A stretch of 64,000 nt of DNA from Sphagnum compactum (lineage: Eukaryota): positions 36,570,213 through 36,634,212 of the forward strand of contig OZ234493.1 of the NCBI GenBank assembly GCA_965153455.1, given 5' to 3'. Each line of letters begins with the position of its first letter. Position 1 is the first letter of the stretch. The position numbers and the translations under genes were made by a program. Below, in pieces: positions 1 through 11,531 of this stretch. The notes beneath the pieces are model-generated. The model worked only from the letters and a program-made list of their open reading frames with translations, was not told the origin of the DNA and ran no database searches.

Positions 1-2
1 TG

Positions 3-1906
3 ATGCACTGCGAGGGCTGCGCAAGTACTGTGAAAAGAGCTGTGAAAAGAATACCAGGTGACAAGAAACTCTCCAGTTCAATCAGATTTTTATGGTTCAT
101 GGCATCACTGCTTTTTTCTGCACTTTGGAGAAATCTCCTAACTGTATTTGGAGGGCACCTTACATACATGAGCATCCTGAGGAGGGATCTTATGCCTACT
201 CCTTAAGAGTGGGAGAGAAACTGCAGTGCAAGATTCCTCCCCACCCACTCTTAAGGAGTAGGTGTAAGAACCCTCCACCTCCTATGCCTTGTTATCGACA
301 AATGTTTAAGTTCATGATAATGCTTGCCTCTTGCTTTACAATGGGTGAAGCCATGGGTGGGAGACATTCCCAAAATGCAGGGGCTGGCCTTTCAGCTACT
401 GCCTAATGTCCCAAAATGCTGGCTGAACTCAGCTACTGCCTTATCCTAGGCCCCCTTGTTTTGGGAATGCCCTGCACCTTGGGGTTTTACCCTACACTCA
501 TTACTCTTTTGCAAATCTGCTGTTCTTTCTTCTTCTTACAATGTGGTGCTGGAAACATTTGATGTTGTTGAGCGCAGGGATGACATCATATCAAGTCGAT
601 TTTCCAGGACAGAAAGTGACAGTCACTGGGGCAGTAAAACCAGAAGAAGTTTTCCGCCGGGTTGCCAAAACTGGCAAGTATACCGAGTTTTGGCCAGAGG
701 AGCCAAAGAAGGCAGAAGGAAAAAAGGAGGAGGAGAAGAAGAAAGAGGAGAAACCCAAAGAGGAGAAACCCAAAGAAGAGAAACCCAAAGAAGAGAAAAA
801 GGAAGAGAAGAAGAAAGAGGAGAAACCCAAAGATGAAAAGCCCAAAGAAGAAAAGAAGGAAGAGAAGAAGGAAGAGAAAAAAGAAGAGAAGAAAGAAGAG
901 AAGAAAAAAGAGGAGGAGAAAAAGGAGCCTGCAAAAGAGGGGAAAAAAGAGGTAAAGGTCTCTAACATCTCTTCCCTGTTGAAAAGTTTACCTGTCAAGT
1001 ATCAAAAACCTTCTCTCACCCTTTGACAATCTTGTACCATTTTCAATCTTTGCGTTGAAAAACTCAAATCCTAAAACTCTATGAAGGAAATTTCACATGT
1101 TCTTGGTGTCTCTTTGATTGAATTTCAGCTCAAGTTGATGCCTTCGAATTTTGCAGCTGGGATTCAAATAGTCCCGTTTTGTGGCATGATTTCACAGAGA
1201 AAATCTTAACTCAAAGAAAGGCATTTAGTTGTTCTGTAGCTGTGAAATTCATTATGGTTACTGTATTCTCAATCCAAACACATGTAGTAGTTCTGCAGTT
1301 GTGATCATCCAGAATGGTGGCTGTCAAGTCGTCAGGAGATGATCATCTTATGTCAATGGCAAAGTCTTATGTGAATGGAAACTTTGGTGTTGATGACAAT
1401 CTTGTGTAGATGGTTTGGATATGAATGTTGTCAGGTGCATAGTTGTAAACCAAATTTGGACAAGGCTTTTAAGTAGAAAGAGTTCAAGGGGAAAGGAATT
1501 CTCTTGAATGTAACAGAAAACATTGGGTGGTGGGTGGTTGTGAATTTTCCAGGAGGCCAAAGTGGAGGCAAAGAAAGAGGAGAAAAAAGAGGAGGGTCCA
1601 AAAGGAGATGGAGGAGGTGGTGGTGGTGGTGGTGGTGGTAAGAAGAAGAAAAAGGGCGGCGGTGGTGGAGGCGGTGGTGGTGGTGGAGGTGGAAGTGGAG
1701 GTGGAGGAGGCAAGAAAGAAGAATCCCCCAAGGAGGAGAAGAAGGAAGAAAAGAAGGAAGAGAAAAAGGAGGAGAAGAAGGAGGAAAAGAAGGAAGAGAA
1801 TGAGGGAAAGAAGAAAGAGGAGAAGAGGATGGAACTACCCAAAGAGGATCCATTCCCAGTGACATTTGTTCTTGGGCCTGACTACACTCGATACTACTAC
1901 TATTAG
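3..1906 (+). CDS. HMA-domain (HPP/HIPP-like) protein with Lys/Glu-rich and poly-Gly tracts; 5'-partial; exons ~<3-57, 578-951, 1553-1906
   Basis: The metal-binding motif MHCEGCAxxVK splices in frame (GT 58 / AG 576-577) to GMTSYQVDFPGQKVTVTGAVKPEEVFRRVAKTGK..EFWP, a typical plant HMA fold. A second intron (GT 952 / AG 1551-1552) keeps frame to the stop at 1904-1906. The window starts inside the gene. Confidence 0.85.
181..276. repeat. Foldback (MITE-like) element in intron 1 of the HMA gene
   Basis: 33-bp arms at 181-213 and 244-276 match at 30/33 as inverted repeats. A related sequence (ttatgcctact...gtaggtgtaagaaccct) recurs at ~17300-17360. Confidence 0.65.
344..495. mobile_element. MITE-like element with long imperfect terminal inverted repeats
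   Basis: gggtgaagcc...gacattcccaaaat pairs with ttttgggaatgcc...ggttttaccctaca. A homologous copy lies at ~17427-17541 and a more diverged one at ~4660-4757. Confidence 0.55.
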
Positions 1907-3483
1907 GCAACAAAAATGAGATTCCAATGGAAGCCAGTATTATTATTTACAAATAGCCTTCTCACTATAAATTAAAGTCCGAATGCCAAGAGCACAGCAC
2001 CAGGACAACAAGGCAAGGTGAGTGCTGGAACAACTGAGGAAGACTAATAGTCTCAATTTCACTCCATCAATACTAGCAATTAGTTTTAGAGAAAGAAAGA
2101 TCAAAAGAAAATGGTCATTCTGATATGAATGTTGGTCAACACAAGTAGTTCTTCCTCCCCTCGATAGATGGTTTGAGTAGTAGTAGAGTCCCTTGCCTCC
2201 ATAGATGAGTTTCTTCTTCTTCTTCTACTACTACTACTACTACTGTGAAACAAGCAGAGATTTCTGAATAGAAACAACAACAATGTTACGGTAAAAGATG
2301 ATGATGATAACATAGCAACCTCAGGTGATGGGATTCGGTGGTGTAATGTCTACAATTTAGAATGATTTGAGAAAGAAAACACACTATGATGATCACCTCA
2401 TCACATGCATCCTTGGTTTGATTGGCTCTTCTTTTTTCCGTCCGCCTTTCTCAGATTTTTCTTTGTATGGAATTCTCAGATTTTGTTTCTGGTTGAAGTG
2501 ATGATGGGTTTCGTAGCAGAATCTGTCATAAATTTTCTGCTCTCTAGTACATTAGATGCTCATGTTTGCATACTAGTAGGTATACAAATGCATTCAAGCA
2601 GGCCCAGTACCATATATGAAAAGCTTGGCCCAACCATGTGAGCTTTTTGTACAGAGTGTTTGTTGTTTTGGAAAATCTGTCTTTTTGTTTGGATGAGAAT
2701 GTTTTTGGTAATTTTTGACAAAAAGAGTGTTTCTGAATTTTTTTACTTTAAAATTTACTTATTGAAAGAAAGTTCATTGCAAGGAGGCTTTGGTGTGTTT
2801 TGTAGTGTGTAAATGCAAATTTCAAATAGTTGGCCATGTAATGATATAATCTCTTTTTAGTGAAAATCACCAAGGTTTTTTTGGGGGCAAAATTTCGTCA
2901 AATCACAGAATTTAAAATATATATTTTTGTTCCCAAATCAACCCCAAAAACAAAAGTGTTTTGGAGGTTTTTGGTAACCAAATTTCAAGAAAATCTTAAA
3001 TTTTTTTCTAAAATCACCAGTTACTATCTTAAAGTTGCAGCAAGTCGCCAAAAATATAGAAGGATGCTACATTTTTATTTTTTTTACCTTCATGATTTTT
3101 TATCACCAAATCTGGCTAAATTGTTTTATGGATGGTCACCACTTTAGCTACATAACAACATTGAAAAAAAAAAAAAACCTAAAAACCACGGCATATAGGT
3201 ACTTGACTAAATTTTTTCTCAAAAAACTGGCCCAAAAATTCACCCTTCAACTTTACCAAACCACCATACTCGACCGATTCTTAGATCTCAGTTACCGAGC
3301 TAGGACTTTTTGGTGTAAAAGGTAGTTCCCTAGCCCTCTTTGGCGCAAAGGCTCTATAAAAAAACAATGGCCTTGATCTTTACACCATGAATATTTTTTC
3401 ATGTAAGAAGTTGCTGAAACAATAGAGTTATCCTTAAAGTCACACAATTAGGGGGGTGAAGAACAGCGAGTTTCAGCATAATG

Positions 3484-4300
3484 TGTCGCAACCCCACTTT
3501 GGGCAAAGTTAGAGGATGCAACTCACACTCTCAAAGTTGGGGACTTGAAGTCTTCCGAGAGTCCCGAAAATTTAGAGCTCGATTTCAGGGGTCAAAACAC
3601 TTCGCATTGAAGAGTTCTTTATACCGTTGGAAAGGTCTTGAAGAGTAAATATGCAAAATGGGCTCGCATGAGCCATTTGAAGATCTGCAGCACAAGTTAT
3701 AGGCAAAAGAAAGGCCGGGAGTCAAACTGACATTTTGACTCCCGACCACTAAAAGTCAAGAATCGACCCGACCCCGGTGCGTGCAGGTGGAGTGCAACAC
3801 ACCGTTGGAAAGCTCTCGACAAGAGCTACAAGATTTCTTCAGAACTCATTTCAATCGGAGGTTGGAGCTGGGAGCTATGAGCTTTCAAAGTCCCAAGAGT
3901 CTAAACCAGGACAGTTTCGGGACTCCTCCTTGGGAGTCCCGGGACAAAAAGCCATTCAGATGCGGGTGCCGCTGGCGAACGCAAAGAATACTATATGGAG
4001 GAAAGTGGTGGCTTCCCTCGAGTCCGGGCCATGGTGAGTCTTGTGAGTCCAAGGTTGCCCGTGGCTTGTCCTAGCACCAAAGTGATCCAGAAAGTGGTTT
4101 AACCAACTTGTGGTTGGTTTTGATGCAGATTCGAGTAAGTGAATAACTTGTCACTCTTCCTAGTCCATCCCGAGAGTTCAGCACGACCCTCTACCCCTCT
4201 TAGTGTTAAAGGTTGGGAGCGTGCCCCGAGTCCCTCCCTTTTCCGCAACTTGAACAAATTAACCCAACTTGGGACTAACTAGGGACTTGGGAGCGCATCA
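3484..4300 (+). mobile_element. Solo LTR (817 bp)
   Basis: Starts TGTCGCAACC and ends GCGCATCA (TG...CA). Identical 5-bp target-site duplication TAATG at 3479-3483 and 4301-4305. No internal gag/pol sequence. Related LTR sequences occur at ~50.1-50.9 kb and ~63.4-63.5 kb. Confidence 0.9.
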
Positions 4301-4943
4301 TAATGTGTAACTGGGAATGACAATTTTACAGAACAAAATAATTGGGACTCAAACTAGGTTTTCCACCAATTTTGGTGGTAAACTGAGTTTCATCCCCTCT
4401 TTCCTTAGTCCTGAGCGCCTTCAGGGCTGCTACATATATTTTCACTACTTCTACCTCTACAACTACTATAATTAGTCGAACCTTGTGCATTAAATGCTGA
4501 GTTTCAACATTTCATACTAAGATTTAGTGAAATTTCATTACTTTGCAGATACCACTGAGAGAGAGAGAGAGGGGATAGGGGGTGAAAGCAGGCCCAAAGA
4601 CAGGGCGACTTTATGGATAAATCTAATGGCCTTGGTTGTTACAATGCATAAGTCCCTTAGTGTGGGACTTCCCCAAAATTCAAACCCAACCTTGGTACTC
4701 CTCTTGCAGCAGGCCCTCCTTTTGGGAATGTCCCCCACTCGTAGGACCTCATGGTACACTTATTATTACTGAAGAGGAGGAGAGGTTCAATGTAGACAGA
4801 AAAAGATGAAGCAAGTGTGGTGATGCCAAGGATACGGCCAGACTGAACCAGCACCCACCAGTGCATCATGCAGGATGGATGGATGGATGATATGTGGACA
4901 GGAAACACTCTTTTTGTTGTATTCTTTGTCCTGTATGTAATTA

Positions 4944-6219
4944 CAGTGGTTAGTTTATGTACTCACCATCCACATGTAATTTACTTACCTAGTAACCACC
5001 GAGCATCATCGCACCTACTCACCTACATACATGGGTAATCACTTACATCGATCATTGGCAAAAAAAAATTCAATTAGTGTATCTAGAGGGCACATTAAAC
5101 AAGCAGAAATTTTTCATTCTCACAAAAGGGTAGAGCATTCTGTTTTTCGAAAAGCTCCATATCTCCTTTCCAACCTTTGTTTTTGAGATAGGATCCAACC
5201 TTGGTAACTCTTTTAACTGTGGTTCATTCTTCACAAGTGAGGCATGCATAACCACAGGTGGTTTCAAATGAATGGTGCACTGGTCGATGCTGGCTCCACA
5301 TGATCCAAACAAAGACACCACCAAGTCATGCACAGAAAGGAAAAAGCTGGACATCAGACTTAATTTTTTGTACAAGAAAAACAAAATCTGTTTGCTAACA
5401 ACAAGCAGAAAATGTAAGGTATACATGTCCTCCAACTAGATTCTCATTTGACAAAATTTCTTTTGGGGATTTGTGGATGAGGAAGAAGTTTTTGTGAGTC
5501 CTACTATCTCCAGACTTTCTTGAGCACCAATTCCTACAAGATCTGCAAAACCCACCCAATGAAGATCTTTTCATGCTACTATACTCTATAATGAATCTAA
5601 ACACAATATCCTTGCCAACAAAAGTACCAAAGCATCTGAAATTTGTTTTTCGATTGCTGCCAAGGGAAGGAAGGGAGGACGGTTGTTGACGATTACACAC
5701 CCCCTCGCCCCCCCTCCTCCCCTACCCATGAACTTTGCATGGTGTCTTGCACAATTCATGATCTCGATCATCACACTTATCTTCCAATTCTCATATATAG
5801 AACGACCCCATTCTCAAAAACGGAAGAAAATTAGTGATAGAATCGTAAAAGAAAACCCACCATTCTTTCCCAGTTCTTTCATGAAACCCATGGGTTTTTT
5901 TGAGTTTTTTGAAATGTGTGGATGAACCCCAACTGGGGTTGGCAACAAGTTCCACCATGGTAACTTATCCTAAACAGGATAGATACTCAATGTAGGTAGG
6001 TCAATTGTGGATGAAACTCAACTGAGTTGATAGTCAAATTTTTACCTTGGTAACTTATCATGTAAAGGATAGTTCCTCTAAGGAAGGTAGATACTTTAGT
6101 ACCTACGAAAGAAAGGTAGTAAGGCGATTAGGTAAGTAGATGTGTGTAAATGGTTAGTGCACATGAGAAGGTGGGTTGTTAGTAGGTACTAAGGGGGAAA
6201 AAAAATGAGCTAACCATCA
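4944..6219 (-). mobile_element. Degenerate DNA transposon relic, possibly hAT
   Basis: Imperfect terminal inverted match (cagtggttagtttat / atgagctaaccatca), opposed acctac/gtaggt subterminal motifs and broken coding-like fragments inside. No clear TSD. Confidence 0.3.
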
Positions 6220-6304
6220 TGGTTAGCTAGGGATATGGTAACTGACCTAGAGTGAGTGGCAACCAGACACACCCAAAAAGATCTTAAACACAATCAAAAT
6301 AAAA

Positions 6305-6386
6305 CGTGCTCGGCAGGATTCGAACCTGCGCGGGCAAAGCCCACATGATTTCTAGTCATGCCCGATAACCACTCCGGCACGAGCAC
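6305..6386 (-). tRNA. tRNA-Ser(AGA)
   Basis: The reverse complement reads GTGCTCGTGCCGGAGTGGTTATCGGGCATGACTAGAAATCATGTGGGCTTTGCCCGCGCAGGTTCGAATCCTGCCGAGCACG. It has acceptor stem GTGCTCG/CGAGCAC, anticodon arm CATGA-CT[AGA]AA-TCATG, a long variable arm and a GTTCGAATC T-loop, followed by a T-run Pol III terminator. Confidence 0.96.
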
Positions 6387-6835
6387 CTTTGATGTACAAT
6401 TTCTCTCAAGTGTTTAGATTTTAAATGTTAAAAAAACCCATGATATTGTGCAACAAGTGACTCATAGTCTCCTTCACACAATTTTTCCTTTTGTATTATT
6501 TTTGAGAAGAGGTCTTTGAAGTTGCCAATTTTTTATTTTCTCCAATCTTGCAAAGTCAGCTGAGTGTGCATTATCCGGGGATATTTATTTATTTATTTAC
6601 ATGTGATAAATTTACGATAAATCTATGTGAAGAATAGTGTCTTGGAATAATCTGGGTTTTTCCATTGGAAATATATATTAAAAAACAGTGCTTCTGAGCA
6701 ATCTTTTACACATGCTGTAGTGTGGGTGGTCAAGATTGGTAAACCCTAAAAATGTTTTGCAAAACACCCCATTGCACCAGAAACCCATTTAGCTTGAGTT
6801 TTTACTTCTCCAACTAAGCCCTAAAATGAGCTCGG

Positions 6836-7412
6836 AAGCCCTAAAGAGAGTTCTGAAACTCTTGAAGAAAGCTCAATGTAATGTAAGTGTCATAAACCCC
6901 AAAAGGAGTTCTGAAGCTCTTGAAGAAAGCTCAATGTAATGTAAGTGTCATAAACCCCAAAAGGAGTTCTGAAGCTCTTGAAGAAAGCTCAATGTAATGT
7001 AAGTGTCATAAACCCTAAAAGGAGTTCTCAAGTTCCGGAAGATCTCAATGTAACGCGTAAGAGCCCAAAACCCTATAAAGAGTTCTCATGTTCCGGAAGA
7101 AGCTCAATTTAACACTTAAGAGCCCAAAACCCTAAAGAGAGTTCTCAAGTTCCGGAAGAACTCAATGTAACGCGTAAGAGCCCAAAACCCTAAAAAGAGT
7201 TCTCATGTTCCGGAAGAAGCTCAATGTAACACGCAAGAGCCCAAAACCCTAAAAAGAGTTCTCAAGTTCTGGATGAAGCTCAATGTACTGCAGAAGCCCT
7301 AAACCCTCAAATGAGTTCTCAAGTTCTGGAAGAAGCCTGATGCAATGCAGAAGCTCTGAGCCTCAAAAAGAGTTCCTAAACCCTAAATGTGTTCTGCAAG
7401 AAGCTCAATGTA
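6836..7412. repeat. Tandem array of ~58-bp units (~10 copies), each with a telomere-like AAACCC(T/C)AAA motif
   Basis: The unit gagttct..aag..c..gaagaa(a)gctcaatgtaa...aaaccc(t)aaaa repeats with ~58-bp period, visible as a 2-nt register shift per 60-nt line. Confidence 0.9.
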
Positions 7413-8526
7413 ATGCAGCACAATAGGTGAATGCTTCATTTTCGTTTCATTTTCCAACCTGCCAGCAAATCATGCTGGACATATGGGCCACAGACTGAAA
7501 ATCAGAAAAGATGAGGATCATAAATCATTCTGGAGTTGTGGCTGGCAGTGAGCTTTATCTCTTCTTTTCATGTAGATGTCAGGTTGTTGAGTCTCCTTAT
7601 CACAGAATCTACAGCAATGGATTGCCCTGCTTGAGGAGGTACTTAGTACTTACATTCTTAAGCATATGTAAGTAGATGTTGCACCATCTCTCATGAAGAG
7701 TTCACATGAAAACTGTCAAGATTAAACATAGCATTATGCCCGTTTGTTTGCTGTCCTCTGTCTTTGCAATCATAATGCCTTAAGGTGAATGCAGTGAACA
7801 ATGAGTATCTTCAGAGTGATTGGTGATACATAGCGGACAACAGAAATTCAGAACATGGGAATGGACATGTGATTAAACATATATATTTAGTGGCATATCC
7901 ATTTCCAAGTTGTGAATTATATATATGTGCTACTGACATTACAAGAATGACCAAAAAACTGAATTCAAGGGAAAGAGATGAGATCCAGATATTCACTCAT
8001 GCCGTGGAGAACAACAAAATTGCACTTCTCAAAGGAAATGTGAGCTCATGAGAATACATAACACACATATATAAATCCTTCATTACTTTGAGAAATAGTT
8101 TCTCCCATCAGTCACAAGCACTATGAATTTGAAAAAACTAGTACAGGTCTTCAACAAACCACACAATCCAAATCCGATTTTGTGCAATATTTTTTCTTTT
8201 GGTTCATCAGAAGAACTATCAACATGAGGCCACAAGTGCAGGGCAACAAACCGACAATCCAACTATACAATTGATTACACTGCACATACAACCTATCCTT
8301 GCAATTTCACTGTCCAAAAATTGACTGCCATGGAGTCAAAGGAGCCTGACTCATGTCAATGGCAACTATTTATAACCCCAAAAAATCCTGGCTCTCTACA
8401 CCAGCGAACGTTACTCAAGAAACTGTCATGTCATACCTCACCTCAAGAGGTATACCTACATCTTTACAAACAACAAGCTCCTCCTCTACAAAGGATTCCA
8501 CTCACTATTTGTTTTTTCAAGGTTTT

Positions 8527-9995
8527 TCAGTACTCAGAAGCAATATGTTTCATGTAATAAGGGTTTGTAACAGGCAGTTTTGAGAATGAAACCTGTGTCT
8601 GATAGACAGGTCGATGAGAGTAGTGAGAGGAATACACAGGCTCTCCTCCATAAGGTGATCCATATTGTGTGTCCATGGAAATGTACTCAGCATCATGGTA
8701 TCGATGTCTGTTGAATGATGGCATGCGGCGCACTCCATAAAAATCTCTCTGTGAATCTCGATTTCCATCTCCATAATAATCATTCCTACGCTCAACATCA
8801 TCACCTCTGCGCATGAAGTCCCGTCGCAGCGGTTCGCGGAGTGTTGAGTTGCCAAATGAAGGAAGCCTTCCCAATTCTCGACCAAAAGAATTGGAGCGGA
8901 TTAAGCCAGCACCAGAGCTTCCACCCCGCCCATAATCTTGACTGGGGTTGTAGGTGGGTGGACGATGGGGATGAGTTCCAATGCTGCTGTTGATGATGTA
9001 ACTACCTGAAGAAATCAGCTCACACTTCCCATCCACTTTGGCTTTCTTCACTTGCTTGAGAGCTTGAAGGGGATCCACAAACCCTATGATAGTCACTCTC
9101 TGATTATACCTGTCACAGATTACGCTGCGCACACCATTCAGCTCCTCCAGCTCTTCTTTCACTTTCTCCTCACATTTATCACAGCACATCGGAACCTTCA
9201 GCTCAAGAGCCGGCACAGTGCCATTCTGAGGAGTAACAGGAGGGTACTGGTTTGTATAACCACCAGAACTAATAGAAGAAGACATGTACATTGGTTCCTC
9301 CTTCCCGTGAAACATCTGCAGCAGCAACAGAAGAGAAAAAACAAACAAACAATGCATACACAACCAACCCCAGGTTACGACTTTTTGTAATACTTGTGAC
9401 TGCTAACTACAATAACTCCTCCTGCAGCCTGGCTGAGGAGTGTTGCACAAGATCAAGACAGATTCTCTGCAAGACTTTAAGAGCATCTCTAGCGGTGCTC
9501 AGTATGTGACCCTGCAAAAATATTTCTCAGATCCAAGTTTTAGTTAGTTACTTTTTTTACCAACTCCGCCCATAAAACTGAAACTCGGACTGCAAATAGG
9601 TGGAAGACTACTAAGAGCAAACCACCTGGACCAAACAAACTAATCAGAAACAATAAGCAGTCAATAAAAACGATTTGAGTGTGTTTATTGCACTGTTTCA
9701 GAGCTCCTCGAGGGGTCTGAAAGATGTGGACTTTTTCAGGATCACAGCAGTCGTCTTCCAGTGGATCCACTGGAAGACGACTGCTGTACCGCATCCAAGA
9801 TTTCCAGTGCAGGGTCACATACTGAGCGCCGGTGGTGGCGATGCTCTAAAGGAAAAAATCAAAACTACTCAAGGAAACTGGGATCATGTATGCATGGATG
9901 GATGGATGGATTGCATTATCATTCCAAGTTCCTGATTAGAAGAAGCTCAAGGGACATGATCATTTCCTACTCACCTCTCGTATCCAGCTGGTCAT
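8527..9995 (-). CDS. HMA-domain protein (HPP-like, no CaaX); exons 9995-9975 and 9315-8527
   Basis: A short exon MTSWIRE with a GTGAGT donor at 9974 joins in phase 0 to the CAG|ATG acceptor at 9315. HMA domain: LELKVPMCCDKCEEKVKEEL...GVRSVICDRYNQRVTIIGFVDP. The C-terminal tail is R/G/S/Y-rich. Confidence 0.85.
9744..9787. repeat. Perfect 44-bp palindrome without spacer, in the intron of the HMA gene
   Basis: ACAGCAGTCGTCTTCCAGTGGA|TCCACTGGAAGACGACTGCTGT, centred on GGATCC. Confidence 0.95.
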
Positions 9996-11228
9996 GGTGA
10001 AGTCCGCGAGTTCCCTTGTGCAGCTTCCAAACTTCGAGAAAGAACCAACAAACGAAAGAAGGAAAGAACGAACTTCTCGCTACAAACAAAGCAGAACTGC
10101 AGCTCCTCTCCGAAAACAAAAAGTCCCAAAAACAAAACAAATGTAAACAAGAAGAGAAGCCGTAGGTTGTAATTATCTCCTATCTCCTACCCCTTGGAAC
10201 ATAAACGAAACTGAAGAGAGAGAGATATATATATATAAAAACAAAACAAAAGCAGCCGGTACAACCAAGATAAACGAAGCCAACTCCTCCGGTTTTGTAT
10301 CCCAACAAGAGAAAAGAAAGAGGAAGAAACAAAGGAACAATTATTAGCACACTGTTGTTCTTGTGTAGCGAGTACTGTAGTTGTTAACTGCAATGTTGGT
10401 GCTAATCCTTGCAAGAAATAAGAAGGAAGAAGGTGGTGGTGTTGGTGGTGGGGCGGAGCTATGGCAAGCACGATGGTGACGAGGAGTGGGGGAAACTACC
10501 GAAGCGTGCGGAAAACACGGGGCAACTACAGCCGCCGACAACAACAGTTGCCGCAGACTGCGGGATACGGCGCGCCGGACACGAAGACTGCGCGCGGGAA
10601 ACGGCGCGCCCGACAGAAAGACCAAGTCCAAATTTTCGCTTTTTTTTTTTCCCCTTTTTGGCTAATTTGTTTTTCATAAAAAACACGCTCAAGCAGGGTT
10701 TTTGTTTTCATATTCCTCAAGTACGTCCACTGGCGAGGATCCCCAGAATTAATTATTAATTAGATGGCGACTTTCGTACGTGTGCTGTAGCATTTTTTCA
10801 CAGAAGTGCTGCTACAAGTGCCGACCTGGGAAGTGCCTTTATGTCTAGATATGATTAATTTAATTATTTTATTCCTAAAAATGGCTAAGAAAAAACCCTA
10901 AAATCAGAATAATTTCTCTTTTTTTAAGAAAAAAATTCTCAAACGAAATTCGGCAAGTTGCGAAATTACGGCATCATTAAAATTTTAAAAACATTGTCGT
11001 AAATCATTGGATTTCTTTTTTTTAAATTTTGTTTTCTTTTTCTTTTTCTTTTTAGCAGTTTTGTGGTTTAGAAATTTATGCGAATTTTTTCCCCCAAAAA
11101 TCGAATTTACAATTTTAAAATATCCCATTTTTCCCAATTTTCTTTGTCATCACAGTGCAAAAAGTCACCAGATGCGAAAAGAAAAAATCGTCGTTTTTCC
11201 GTTGTATTTGAAAGCACCACCCTCACAC

Positions 11229-11531
11229 CAGTGTTTTTCTTTTTCTTTCCAAATTTGCGATGTTTACTCAAATGATGATCATTAATACTTATATTTAGCC
11301 AAATTTGGCAATATTCAAAATCTAAAAATAAAATATCTAAGCACACTTTCATAATTGCAGGTAAATTGTGATGATTTTGTTAATAAAATAAAAAAAACTC
11401 ATTGTTTGGTTGTTTTCTCCCACAAGAAACAGGGAATTTGTGAAAGAATATTTCTTTTTTCAAAGAGCTTTTTTCCCCCCACAAAATGACGAAAATTCGC
11501 CACAAATTTTTTTTAATAAATGAAATCACTG
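11229..11531. mobile_element. hAT-type MITE (~300 bp)
   Basis: CAGTG...CACTG termini with 8-bp flanks cctcacac / ctccacac (6/8 match, a degenerate TSD). Shares a gccaaat(c/t)tgg core with sequences at ~3.1 kb and ~16.7 kb. Confidence 0.55.

Noticed and set aside
591-998. F/S-rich and R/K-rich alternative ORFs (591-998, 623-934, 662-955, and similarly 1348-1913)
   Set aside because: Shadow frames of the low-complexity KE and poly-Gly codons of the real HMA gene.
3777-4074. ORFs inside the solo LTR
   Set aside because: No protein motifs. They lie within a TG...CA LTR bounded by a TSD.
6836-7412. CRISPR-like appearance of the regularly spaced repeat
   Set aside because: The whole unit is repeated with no unique spacers, there are no cas genes, and the context is eukaryotic.
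9490-9516. Loose resemblance of GTGCTCAGTATGTGACCCTG to copper miRNA miR398
   Set aside because: Needs several indels and mismatches. Too weak to call a homolog without a database search.
10365-10785. GTAC motifs upstream of the HMA gene as copper-response elements
   Set aside because: Three 4-mers in ~400 bp is close to chance expectation.
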